DNA of 64,000 nucleotides from Escherichia coli (GTDB lineage Bacteria > Pseudomonadota > Gammaproteobacteria > Enterobacterales > Enterobacteriaceae), in assembly GCF_024223415.1 (NCBI RefSeq), contig NZ_CP100500.1, one strand, 5' to 3'. Both the position numbers and the translations under genes were made by a program. Below the pieces are notes generated by a model that saw nothing but the letters and a program-made list of their open reading frames with translations, searched no databases and was not told the origin of the DNA. Shown here piece after piece: positions 37,974 to 48,600 of the stretch. The stretch's first letter is position 1; the number at the start of each line of letters is the position of its first letter.

Positions 37974-40245
37974 GGAAAACTCCCCAGTTTTGCAGCGATG
38001 CCAGTGCCTGCTGTTCGAGTTGTTGATGATGTGCAATGGCCTGTGGTGGACAATGCAACGGCATTTGCAGCGCCGAAACGGGAAGTTGCGCCAGTTGATA
38101 ATGCTCAAGCACCTGATGCGCCAGCGTCCCGCGTTCTCGTGGTGGTAGCCAGGCCATCGCCGCGCGTAAATCGGGCAGGGCGTTAATAAAATCGGCTTCA
38201 CTCAGTTGATTTAAATGACTGCTGAAACCAGCGATAAATGCCGGCTGACAGGCCAGTTGATGGCGGGCCAGCGCCAGCAAACCGTGCAGCGCCTCACCAG
38301 ATTGTGCCGGGGATAACTGCGCCAGCATCGTCAGCGCCGCTTCGGCACTGGCGTTGGGATGTTCCAGACGCATTAGTGCGCCAAGAGCCGCGCCGCGATC
38401 CAGCGCCGGGGCATGAATTGCCTGACTGCGTCGCTCCAGTAAGGCTACCGCCGCAGAAAGAGAAACGCCGGGTAAATTAACGCCGCTATGTAGATCGCGC
38501 AGAATATGGCAAAGCGCTTGCCAGCTATGCAGGTGAGCGTGAAACTCCTTTTCATCCGGTCTGCCGTTAGATTCACACAGCCACAGCGTGCGATCGATAG
38601 TCGCGCATAACGTCGTTTGTAATATCTGCGCGCCTTGCATACCGCTAATTTCATCCAGCCGCCATAAGGCATAAAGCACTTCCAGCGCCTGGCCCATTTC
38701 GGCAAATTGATTTTCCTGGGCGATTAATAGTGTGAGTTGCTCCAGTAATTGTTGACTGAAGGACGCCAGACCCGCTAACGCCGCCTGGCTAAGACATGTG
38801 GTGATACTGCCGATTCCGCCCGCGTCCAGCATATCGGCTTCTAATTTATTGCGTGCGGCTTCCTGGAGTGTGGCACCAAAACAGGCGGCCTCAATCAATG
38901 CCGCATGCTGGCTAAGCGGGCGGGTTAATTTCCAGCGTTCTTCACCGTTGCCTGCAAGTGTCAGTGTACTTCCCTGCTGGCGTACAATCCCAGGGATCTC
39001 CAGTATTGCCAGCCGATGTAACACCTGACTTTGCGCCAGCCCATCGGGGGTAAAGCGATTTAAGGTAAGCTCCGCCGGAAGGGAGATTGCGGTACGTTCC
39101 AGTTCGCAGGTGACATCTTTTGGCAGAGGCGGTTGTGGCGTAGAAGGGGCAAGTTTACCGAATCCGTCACCCGCTAATGTGTCTATCAACGTTAGCAGAA
39201 TCGGATCGGTATCGGGATGAATAACGCCGCGATAGCTCCACGGCAACGGCGCGTTCAGGGCTTCTTTAATCAGCGAGCCTGCTATGGCATCCAGCCAGTC
39301 AGTGCGTAACGGTAGTGTATGACCGCGCAACTGTGCCAGCGCCATCGCATGCAGATGAGCGGCAGCCATATCCGCGGTAGAAGCGGGCAATTTGTGCTGG
39401 CGCAAACGGGTAAGGATAGTTTTTAGCAGTTGTTCACCGGCCTTCTGCAAGCCCCACTGCCAGCACCAGTTTTGCCATACCGGGGCAGGCATTCCTGAAA
39501 GGTATCCTGCCAGCACATCAAGGCGCTTTTCACTGTAGGGTGTGAGATAACAACCTGTAACGGCATCTGCCAGCGAGGGCAATTCTGGCTTGTTAATTTT
39601 CTGAGGGCATTCGCGCCACATCTTTGCCAGTGCCGGAGCGTGCCAGCCACCGCAGACAACTAACACGTCGCCATTATTTTGCTGCATCGCCCATCCAATC
39701 CAGCGGGCCATAAAGGCTTCGCGCTGACGATTGAGCGCATCGCCGGAGGCGTCGCCCCGCAGTTGGGCAAAATAGTGCGCCAGCGCAGAGGGTAATGCAG
39801 TTTGCTGGCTTTCATCTTCGAACAAGTGATCCCACAGGGTATCGCTGTTATCCATGCGGGTGGCACGCAGCAGTAAGGCCTGGCTTTCATCTTGCGTATC
39901 AGGCGAATCGTCCTCTTCTTCACTCTGCGCCCAGCAAGGCAAATCGATGAAGTAAGTTTGTGCCTGAATGCGACGTGCGGCTTGTAGCGCCTGCCACTCC
40001 GGCGAAAATTCAGCAAATGGCGTCCAGGCACCACGCCCGGGGGCTGCACCGTCCTGATACTGGCAATAACTGTAAATAGCTACCGGAAGCTGGTGGGCTA
40101 AAAACAGTTCGTCTACCCGGTCATTAAAATCAGCCGGGCCTTCAATCAACACGTATCGTGGCCGCTGGCTTTCGATTAACGATTTCACCAGCCGGGCGCA
40201 GGCCGGACTATGATGCCGGATGCCGACAATTAACGGCTCGCTCAT
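37966..40245 (-). CDS. yehM: YehM
   Basis: 759 aa from MSEPLIVGIRHH...; operon context. Confidence 0.85.
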   Translation of the reverse strand: MSEPLIVGIRHHSPACARLVKSLIESQRPRYVLIEGPADFNDRVDELFLAHQLPVAIYSYCQYQDGAAPGRGAWTPFAEFSPEWQALQAARRIQAQTYFIDLPCWAQSEEEDDSPDTQDESQALLLRATRMDNSDTLWDHLFEDESQQTALPSALAHYFAQLRGDASGDALNRQREAFMARWIGWAMQQNNGDVLVVCGGWHAPALAKMWRECPQKINKPELPSLADAVTGCYLTPYSEKRLDVLAGYLSGMPAPVWQNWCWQWGLQKAGEQLLKTILTRLRQHKLPASTADMAAAHLHAMALAQLRGHTLPLRTDWLDAIAGSLIKEALNAPLPWSYRGVIHPDTDPILLTLIDTLAGDGFGKLAPSTPQPPLPKDVTCELERTAISLPAELTLNRFTPDGLAQSQVLHRLAILEIPGIVRQQGSTLTLAGNGEERWKLTRPLSQHAALIEAACFGATLQEAARNKLEADMLDAGGIGSITTCLSQAALAGLASFSQQLLEQLTLLIAQENQFAEMGQALEVLYALWRLDEISGMQGAQILQTTLCATIDRTLWLCESNGRPDEKEFHAHLHSWQALCHILRDLHSGVNLPGVSLSAAVALLERRSQAIHAPALDRGAALGALMRLEHPNASAEAALTMLAQLSPAQSGEALHGLLALARHQLACQPAFIAGFSSHLNQLSEADFINALPDLRAAMAWLPPRERGTLAHQVLEHYQLAQLPVSALQMPLHCPPQAIAHHQQLEQQALASLQNWGVFHV

Positions 40246-40255
40246 GCATCTTTCC

Positions 40256-41344
40256 TCACGGCAGGCGGTGGCGGGCTTGATAATAAGCCTGCCAGTGAGC
40301 TTCTTTATGTGTGGCGACACGCTGTTCGAAGTAACGGCGCAGACGCGCGCGATCTTCTTCGTTATCTTTGACGATGGTTCCGGCAATACATTCCACCAGG
40401 TCGGCAGGCTCCCCCGCGCGATTCGCTAAAAACCAGGCGCGGACGCCCACAGCATGGGCCACGTTCACGGCTTCAGCGGTGGACATAATCGCTGTCAGTG
40501 TATCCATTGACGTTTTCTTTTCGCCGTTGGCACGCAGATCGCGGAAGGTGCGGACCAGTAATTCCAGTACCGCGTCAGGCACTTTATGCGGAATACCGCT
40601 ATGGGCCAGCAAACGCGCCGAAGCACTGGCGACCAGTTCCAACTCCTGGGCGAAATCCATAATCGGAAAAACCGTTTCAAAATCGAAGCGACGCTTTAGC
40701 GCAGCACTCATTTCATTGACGCCGCGATCGCGGGTATTGGCAGTGGCAATAATATTAAAGCCTTCTCGCGCATAGAGCTGACTGGCTTCACCAGTGAGTT
40801 CCGGCACCGTCATCACCCTGTCAGAAAGCATACCTAACAGACAGTCCTGCACTTCCAGCGGTGTACGCGTTATCTCTTCGAAACGGACGATTTTGCCGTC
40901 GCGCATTCCCTGATAAAGCGGGGCAGGGACCAGCGCTTCCGTTGACGGACCATGATTGATAAGCAAGGCGTAGTTCCAGCCATACTTGATTTGATCTTCG
41001 GTGGTAGATGCCCCGCCCTGGATGGTTAACCCGGCATCGCCGCTAATAGCGGTTGCCAGTAATTCAGAAAGAAGAGATTTTGCGGTACCCGGTTCCCCCA
41101 CCAACATCAAACCGCGGCCGGTAGCAAGAGTGACTAACATACGTTCGACAGCGGAGGGGCTAATCACCACTTTACGGCTGATATTTTGCGCTTCGTCGCC
41201 AAGGATAAAAGCACGGGCCGCAGGCAAACTTAACTGCCAACCGGGCGGGCAAGGTGCGTTATCATTTTGTTTTAATTTTGCCAGTTCATCGGCGTATAAC
41301 ACAGCAGCAGGCGGACGCTGCAGATGATTATTCTGCGGTGACAT
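40256..41344 (-). CDS. yehL: YehL, MoxR-like AAA+ ATPase
   Basis: 362 aa; Walker A GEPGTAKS. Confidence 0.85.
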   Translation of the reverse strand: MSPQNNHLQRPPAAVLYADELAKLKQNDNAPCPPGWQLSLPAARAFILGDEAQNISRKVVISPSAVERMLVTLATGRGLMLVGEPGTAKSLLSELLATAISGDAGLTIQGGASTTEDQIKYGWNYALLINHGPSTEALVPAPLYQGMRDGKIVRFEEITRTPLEVQDCLLGMLSDRVMTVPELTGEASQLYAREGFNIIATANTRDRGVNEMSAALKRRFDFETVFPIMDFAQELELVASASARLLAHSGIPHKVPDAVLELLVRTFRDLRANGEKKTSMDTLTAIMSTAEAVNVAHAVGVRAWFLANRAGEPADLVECIAGTIVKDNEEDRARLRRYFEQRVATHKEAHWQAYYQARHRLP

Positions 41345-41650
41345 ATATTCATCCCTGAAATGTATTAATGAAATAAACGATATTTTACGCGCAATAAATG
41401 TTTGGCGCATTAGTTGTTTGAGCGAAAAATATCTGGAAAGCAGATCACAGTAAATAAAAAAACCTGCTGGTGAGGCAGGTTCTTTTATTTACTATTTTCA
41501 GGCCTAACACCACAGCCTGTGCAACATCGTGTTCCAACGAACGAATTATAACCACGGCTGGACCCCGTTGCAATTAAGATAATGAGATTTATAATCCAGG
41601 CCATTGGGACGTTGCGCCGGATCGGACCAATTTGAATTATTTAGAGTATA

Positions 41651-41968
41651 TTATTCTATTTCTTGGTTGAATATATTCTGTAGTTCACGATTAAAAATTG
41701 CTATTACAGTTTCAGGTGATTCACCTCGTAATTTCCGCTCATCAATACACTCATCTCTTATATAAATCAACGCATCATTTATTAGCGGGTCAGCATCTTC
41801 TCGATCACGTTGATGAAATGTTGGACGTAGCCGGAATCGCTCCAGTCGATAGACGGAACCTGTAAATAATTCAGAGCATTTATGGATCTCAAGTCTGAAG
41901 GAAAACGGATCTTCAGGTACAGGGACCTCATAATCGTAAATAGCAACCAGCTCTTTTTGCACGATCAT
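41651..41968 (-). CDS. yehK: YehK
   Basis: 105-aa conserved small protein. Confidence 0.8.
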   Translation of the reverse strand: MIVQKELVAIYDYEVPVPEDPFSFRLEIHKCSELFTGSVYRLERFRLRPTFHQRDREDADPLINDALIYIRDECIDERKLRGESPETVIAIFNRELQNIFNQEIE

Positions 41969-42028
41969 CGCTTTCCCCGCTGGTAAGTCGTGTTGATAAC
42001 GGGCAGTTGCATCACTGCCCGCTGTGTT

Positions 42029-45000
42029 TTAATGGAAAATGACGTCAGGTGCGCTTAACGCCTCACTCAAATCAAACACATCAAGTTCGGCAAAGGTGAC
42101 GGATTTATTGTCACGGTACACTCGAAGAGAACGGAAGCTCATTAGCGCTTTGCTATCAACATTGTAGTGGTTAAAACCGGGTGAAAACTTAAGGACCAGC
42201 CGGTACTCACCCAGGTTATAGACAAATGCGTCCTCATAGCCTGACTCCCAGCCTTTGTATCGCATTCCCATAAGTTGCCCAACGGTAGCGGATTTACCTT
42301 CCCAGCGAGTCAGGCTGTTACTGGTTGACTCGTCAGGTGTGAGCAGCACCGTGCGGCGCGACAACTGGCGAAAAGGCGGCATAATTTCGTAATCGGCAAA
42401 AAGCTGTGCAAATTCACTGCGCATTTCTGCTGTCATTTCTAACGGGTGGGCAATGCCAATCAGAGCGTCCGCAGGCAGGTCAATTGGCTCATCTTGCGCA
42501 TTGCAGAACTCCCCCTCTGCGGCCACACGAAAGGCTTTGAGTAAACAACGCGGTTCATTTGCCGGATAAACCCCCCATATTAATCGCTGGGTAACCAGAC
42601 GGGTAAAGGGATGATTAACAAACAGAGAATGAAAATCTGCCAGCGACCAGCGTCGGGTGGTACGTAGGGCCGTTTCAAGACGCGGGAGCAGGTTTTTGCT
42701 CACCTGAGTAGCATCTTTTTTTAGCCCTTTTAGTCGGGCCAGTGCCTCGGGCGCTTTCAGTTGATCGTCATCGGCGCGCAAACGGGGAACGCTTTTCTGG
42801 CGAACGTTTTGCTGATCAAAGATAACCGGGTTGAGATTTTCATCGAAGCGAACGGTAAACTGCCGGGGACCAAAATCAAAACTCAACGCCTGCGGATCAT
42901 CAAGGCCCAGGGTTGGGACTAATCTGTCCGCTAGCTCTTCCTGGCTTAGCCCGCGATTTTCTGCGACCACCTGAAGAAATTCCGCCGCGTTATCACGTAA
43001 GGGGCGGGATTTAGCCCGTTGCGATATATGATGCAGCTGTATCAGCGCCATATCATTATTCATCAGGGTAAGGATGTTCAGGCCGCTGACAGCACGGGCA
43101 GATTTGCCTTCTTGTGGCCAGGCGAGGATCTGTGTCGTCAGATCCCGTGCCGTGCTTTCGTCACCAAAGAGACTTAACGCCAGAAATGCCCAGTTGTCTT
43201 TTGCGGGGGCACCAGCTTGTTGCCACGCAGTGAAGAGATCCCAAGCAAAAGCTGCCAGCGTTTGTGGCTGGCAGAACGTTTTCAGTTGTTCCAGCCCGCT
43301 ATAAAAACGTCCCCCCTGGGTAAAGCGCAGCATTTCGCCGATAATTTCCAGAGCGTCATTGGTAACAGTTTGATTATTAGTGATAAGGCGCGGCCTGGAC
43401 CACATTTGCGGATGCCAGAAATCAGGGGCTTTTGGAATGCGTGCCGGGTAAATGTCCATTGGACCCTGTTTAAGCAACTGCTCCAGGGCAGACCATACAT
43501 CTGTACGCTGCCAGCGGTTTGCCACGGTTTGTAGCAATTCGCCATGTCCCTGTTCGTACAGTAAACGCAGGGCAAGTAATGCGGCTTCGCTATTATCGCT
43601 GGGTTTGGTAAAGACAAGAGGGATAAGTGCACTAGCCGTATGTTCCGGCCATTGTAAAATCCACTGGCGAGCCAGATCACGCTGCGCCGCGAAACGTCGC
43701 CAGACGTGGGCAACAGGCAGCGCCAGTTCTGTTGCGCCAAAATTTAAAATTAACGGAAATGTTTCTTTTGGACGATGTGAAAAAGCCAACAGCAGACCTG
43801 GTAGCGCATCCAATCCGAGGATACTGAGAAAATAGTCCTCACCCGCGAACAGATGCTTTTTCTCATTGATACGCAGCCAGAAGGTCAAAGCCATCTCACG
43901 CGGCAACTGTGCCAATAAATACAGGTTCCAGACACTCTTTTCCGGACGATAATGTGAGTAGTTGTCATTTTCCCATATGTTAATTAACGCTTCTATGTGA
44001 CCGCTGCGGAGCGCCTGTTCTGCTAATTGTGCTTCCGGGGAGTTCCAGCCATTCAGGATCTCTTCAACCCGCCCCTGGTAGTAATGCCACTGAACAAAGA
44101 GTGAATTGCGTGCAGCATCCAGTTTTCCGGGGAGTATATAATTCAGAAACAGCCATACATCATCCCCAAAACCCAGTTCCTGTAATACAACTCGTCCACT
44201 TTTTTGTTCCATGCGTTGCGCAAGAGATTCCGTGCTGAAATAACGGGCAGGCTCAGTGGCGGCAAGCCTCTCTTGTTCGCCTGGTTGCCAGTAAACTTGC
44301 GGAGTTAATTCGAGCGGTGCCAAATCAAGACGTGGAGCTGTCATTTTTTTCTTACTACGCCACGGTGGTGAAACGAGGATTTCTGGCAGATTGCTGTTAT
44401 CGGTGCCATCAATAACCGGTTTGGGCGGTGCCGATAAATAACTCTTCAGCACTGACTGGGGTTGAGTACTTAACCACGGCATCACTTCTGCTGCCAGTTG
44501 TGGCTGCGATGCCATCAGCGTTTGTAACAGCGCACGCCAGTATTCATCGCGTGCTTTTTGCTGTGCAGGCAGCTTTTTGTCTTCGATGATTGGATAACCA
44601 GGGCGGGCTGGTGGTTCTGTTAACGCCAGCAGTTCTGCCAGTGCGGCGAGCGTCGCATGGGGGAAGTTTTTATGGTATTTAGCTACACGTTGCAGGCTGG
44701 GTTTGTTTTTATCAGCCACCAGTAGCAAGGTGCGGATGACTTGCGGATGGTTAATTTGTACCAGCAGACTGCCGCAATCTTCTTTATGGGCATACATCGC
44801 GAGGCGCGGAATGGCTGCCAGTCCTTGTTCGCGCAAAAGGGCGGCGCAGGCCGCGTAGCCGAAGTGGTTTTCATGCGACATGTAGCTGGCTTCTCGATCG
44901 CTAAATATATCCTGGCTCCAGTAGTGTTCGAGTTTTCTCACCGCTGTGGGGTCATTAGCAACAACTTTTAACCACTCCTTAGAATGAAAATGAGTTCGCG

Positions 45001-45661
45001 GGCATTCAAGGCCTACCAACTCATTGGCTATTTCTGGTTTTTCCGGGAGGATCAGCGCAATAAAAGGGCGGCGAACTTTGGTTATTCCTGGTAGTGCGGC
45101 AATGAGTTTGTCGGCGCAACGCTGCCAGCAGCTTTCCTCTGCCAGAGAGAGATGCTTACGCAGTCGGAGATCGAATTCGTTATAGGTTTCTGAGCGATAA
45201 CCATAGCCATAATCCTCGTCCTGATACTGCAATGTCACTACCAGAGGATCACTCTCATAACACCGCGCAATAAACTGGCGTGCAATCACCACCTCAGTCG
45301 CATATTCCAGCCCCTCTTGTTGGACGATTTCGTCGAGCAACTGTTGGCTGTCATTTTGCGCGATACAGGCTAGCGCCGCCATTGTCCGGTCCGGGATTGA
45401 GGGTTTGTGTTCGCCGATCAAGTTGATGGCCTGCGTGATGGCGGACTGCCACTCCAGTGAAAAATTCTCATAACGCCAGACAATGTTTTTTTTCTTCTCA
45501 GCTTTTTGTAGCAATTCATCACCCAATGTCTGGATGAGACTTCCAGTGATAACGGACACTGGTTCGCCCGGCCAGCGACGATGACTGAGCGGCGTTTTGC
45601 CTTTTTTATATTTCAGTTCCAGTTGGGCGTTATCCGCCAGCCACGGTAATTCCTTGTCCAT
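42029..45661 (-). CDS. yehI: YehI (DUF4132 protein)
   Basis: 1210 aa; paralogous to MolR over much of its length. Confidence 0.85.
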   Translation of the reverse strand: MDKELPWLADNAQLELKYKKGKTPLSHRRWPGEPVSVITGSLIQTLGDELLQKAEKKKNIVWRYENFSLEWQSAITQAINLIGEHKPSIPDRTMAALACIAQNDSQQLLDEIVQQEGLEYATEVVIARQFIARCYESDPLVVTLQYQDEDYGYGYRSETYNEFDLRLRKHLSLAEESCWQRCADKLIAALPGITKVRRPFIALILPEKPEIANELVGLECPRTHFHSKEWLKVVANDPTAVRKLEHYWSQDIFSDREASYMSHENHFGYAACAALLREQGLAAIPRLAMYAHKEDCGSLLVQINHPQVIRTLLLVADKNKPSLQRVAKYHKNFPHATLAALAELLALTEPPARPGYPIIEDKKLPAQQKARDEYWRALLQTLMASQPQLAAEVMPWLSTQPQSVLKSYLSAPPKPVIDGTDNSNLPEILVSPPWRSKKKMTAPRLDLAPLELTPQVYWQPGEQERLAATEPARYFSTESLAQRMEQKSGRVVLQELGFGDDVWLFLNYILPGKLDAARNSLFVQWHYYQGRVEEILNGWNSPEAQLAEQALRSGHIEALINIWENDNYSHYRPEKSVWNLYLLAQLPREMALTFWLRINEKKHLFAGEDYFLSILGLDALPGLLLAFSHRPKETFPLILNFGATELALPVAHVWRRFAAQRDLARQWILQWPEHTASALIPLVFTKPSDNSEAALLALRLLYEQGHGELLQTVANRWQRTDVWSALEQLLKQGPMDIYPARIPKAPDFWHPQMWSRPRLITNNQTVTNDALEIIGEMLRFTQGGRFYSGLEQLKTFCQPQTLAAFAWDLFTAWQQAGAPAKDNWAFLALSLFGDESTARDLTTQILAWPQEGKSARAVSGLNILTLMNNDMALIQLHHISQRAKSRPLRDNAAEFLQVVAENRGLSQEELADRLVPTLGLDDPQALSFDFGPRQFTVRFDENLNPVIFDQQNVRQKSVPRLRADDDQLKAPEALARLKGLKKDATQVSKNLLPRLETALRTTRRWSLADFHSLFVNHPFTRLVTQRLIWGVYPANEPRCLLKAFRVAAEGEFCNAQDEPIDLPADALIGIAHPLEMTAEMRSEFAQLFADYEIMPPFRQLSRRTVLLTPDESTSNSLTRWEGKSATVGQLMGMRYKGWESGYEDAFVYNLGEYRLVLKFSPGFNHYNVDSKALMSFRSLRVYRDNKSVTFAELDVFDLSEALSAPDVIFH

Positions 45662-45670
45662 GCTCTTTCC

Positions 45671-48600
45671 TTATTCAAACAGGGCTTCAATATCGTTAAT
45701 TAGCTCGCTGGCGGTGATGGCATCGATTACGGAGAACTGCGCTTCCTGTGTTGAATTACTCCCCCAGCCATATCTTTCTGCTTTGCCTTCCCATAGCCAC
45801 AGCTTGCTTAAGAGCTGCTCAGCGCTGAGTTCGGCTGGCGACATGCCTACCGCAAAGCCTTCATCGATTTCCATGATTAACGACCAGCGACCCAAAGGTT
45901 TGATCATCCATCCGATCCAGCCTCCATCCTGTGGTTCGCCCTTTATCCAGCCTTTATTCGCCAGCCCCATGACCCGACCACTCGGGCATTTTCTGCCTGC
46001 CCAGCGGGTCAGTTCACTGGCATTGCGCTCGGCTTCTGTCAGGGCGTAGCTGTTACGGTCGATCTGGCGGAACGGTGGTAGCAGTTCGTAGTCGGCAAAA
46101 AGCTGACCAAAGGCGGCAGCATCCGTTGGTGATATTTCCAGAACGTGAGGAGTGCCGATAGAGATATCGCCTTCCGGCAGGGTGAAAAGATCATCGTCAG
46201 CGGTGCTGGAGCTGTTATCTTCTGCTACGCGAAAGCAAGCCAGTAGCTGGTTTTCGGCGCTATAAACGCCCCAAATCAGACGGCGGGTTAAGTGACGAAC
46301 CAGCGGATGCTCAACCAGGAAGAGCTGGAAGTTTTCCAGCGACCAGCGGCGGCGCAGGCACATGGCGGATTCCAGCCTTGCTACCTGCTGGGCGGCGATG
46401 GTACGCGCATCTTTTTTCAGCAATTTGTAGCGGTTAACCGCATCGTTCGCCCGCGTTTCATCATCGCTTTTGTTCGGTTTGGGCAGGTCTTTCAGGCGGC
46501 TGCCGGAAACATCACGCACAAACGGTTTTAAGGTTTCATCAAAGCTGACGGTGAACTGCCGTGGGCCAAAATCCAGCAGCAGCGAACCGTTATCATCCAG
46601 ACCGAGATCCGGTGCTAACCGATCTTCAAGCTCCGCCACCGTGAGTTCGCGGCTCTCGGCAATGTCGGCAATTTTTTCTTTTGCCCGCTCCTGTAATGCT
46701 TTGAATTTCAGTTTCTGGGCGATGCCGTTAAGCTGCATAAGGGCGATATCACTACCGATAGCAGCGAGAATATCCAACCCAACGGTGGCGCGTTTATGCT
46801 GGGATTCACCAGGCCAGGCGCGTATTAATGGCGTCAGTTTGCGGGCGGTGTCATCGTTACCGAGAACGCCTAACGCAGTGAACGCCCAACTCTCTTTCGA
46901 CGGCGCGCCAGCGGTCTGCCAGGCGGTAAACAGATCCCAGGCAAATCCCGCCAGTGAGTCGGCGGAACAGACGTCTTTCACCTGCAATAATCCCGGATAC
47001 AGAGCCTCTTCCTGAGGGAAGCGGAGCATTTCACCGAGGTGGAGGAGGGCGCTATCTGGCAGTGATTGGGCATTTGCTTTTAATACCGGGCGCGTCCAGA
47101 GCGATGGCTGATAAAAGGCCGGAAGAGTGGGGATTTTTGTCGGGTGATTATCTAAGGGATCGAGCGCAAGCAGAGCGTTCACCGCATCGGTTACTTCCGG
47201 CTGGTTATAACGTCGGGCGATTTCTTGCAGTAATGGCTGATGACCGTTTTCGGTAAGCATACGCAAGGCAGCGCGGGCGTTATCCTGGGCTTCACCGGCT
47301 TTGCCGAGCGCCGCAGGCAGCAGGCCGGTAAGGGCATGTTCCGGGTATTTCAACAGCCAGCTACGGGCGTTTTCGCGTAGCGTTTTCAGTTTGTTGAAGG
47401 CACGGGCGACGGCAGGAGCCAGCTCACTCGCTGCGAAGTAATTCGTGATGGGCAAGGCTTCTTGTGGATAGCGTGCAAGTGAGTTTACTAACCCAGGTAA
47501 CCCTTTGAGTCCAAAATGTAACATGGAGTATTCGGTATCGGTATGTGGAGATAGGGTAAGGGCATTCCATGCTTTTACTGCTTTCTCCAGCGGCAATGTT
47601 GTCAAAATCCCCAACTGCCAATAATGCCCGGTAGGTGAATGAAACACCTTAAATTCACTTAGTAAGGTTGAATAATCTTCATTTAGCCATGCCTCAACTA
47701 CCGCTTCGGGAGCTTTAATATATGTACCAGCGATCCGTCGTTGAAAACCCATCCTTGCCAACAGGTTGGTAGTACTTTCTTCATGGCTAACCGTGATGTG
47801 TTTTGAATACCAGATATATTTCGCCAAAAGTTGATTACTGATTTCTTCTGTCAGATAACAGATTGGCTCAATGCCTAATGGCGCTAAATCCAGCACCGGA
47901 ATCGGCGATTTTTTCTTTTTCGAAAGCCAGGGAGGGGAGACTACTACGGCTGGCAGTAGATCGGCGCTGGCATGGTTTGAGGGCTGTGTCAGTTGTTGCT
48001 GGCATGATTTCAGTACGGCAACTGCGGGTGTCGAGAGCCAGGGAATGACCTGTTCTGCCAGTGCTGGTTGTGAGATAAGCATTGTCATTAGCATAATGCG
48101 CCAACTGTTCTCTTCTTTTTGCCCAAGAAGTTCCGTCAGTGCCGCCATTGCTGCATGTGGGAACGCAGCAATGGCTTTCGTCATCCGATCGTGACAGCGT
48201 TTAGTTTGCCCGGCTACACGTATAAGCAGTGTCAATGCGAACGGATGATTGATATGACGCAACACATCGGCGCAGTAGTCACTTGCGGCATAGGGAGCAA
48301 ATCGGGGCAGGGCTGCAACACCTTGCTCCTGTAATACGGTGGCTGACCATATCGCACCACAATAGTAATCATCAAAAATGGCATATGGTTCGTGATATTT
48401 TTCTAATGAGGCAAGAATGTGCTCATCAGTCGCCACTATTTTTAACCACTCAAGCGAGGGTAATTTTTTTTGCCCCAGTAGACGCTGGGCAATTTCATGT
48501 GCAATTTCTGGTTTTTCGGGTAATAACAAAGCAATTAATGGTTGCCGCCATTCTGGAATATGTGGAATTGCTGCAATAAGTTTTTGTGCACATTTTTGCC

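Noticed and set aside
46292-47256. Plus-strand ORFs of 79-181 aa
   Set aside because: Antisense within molR.
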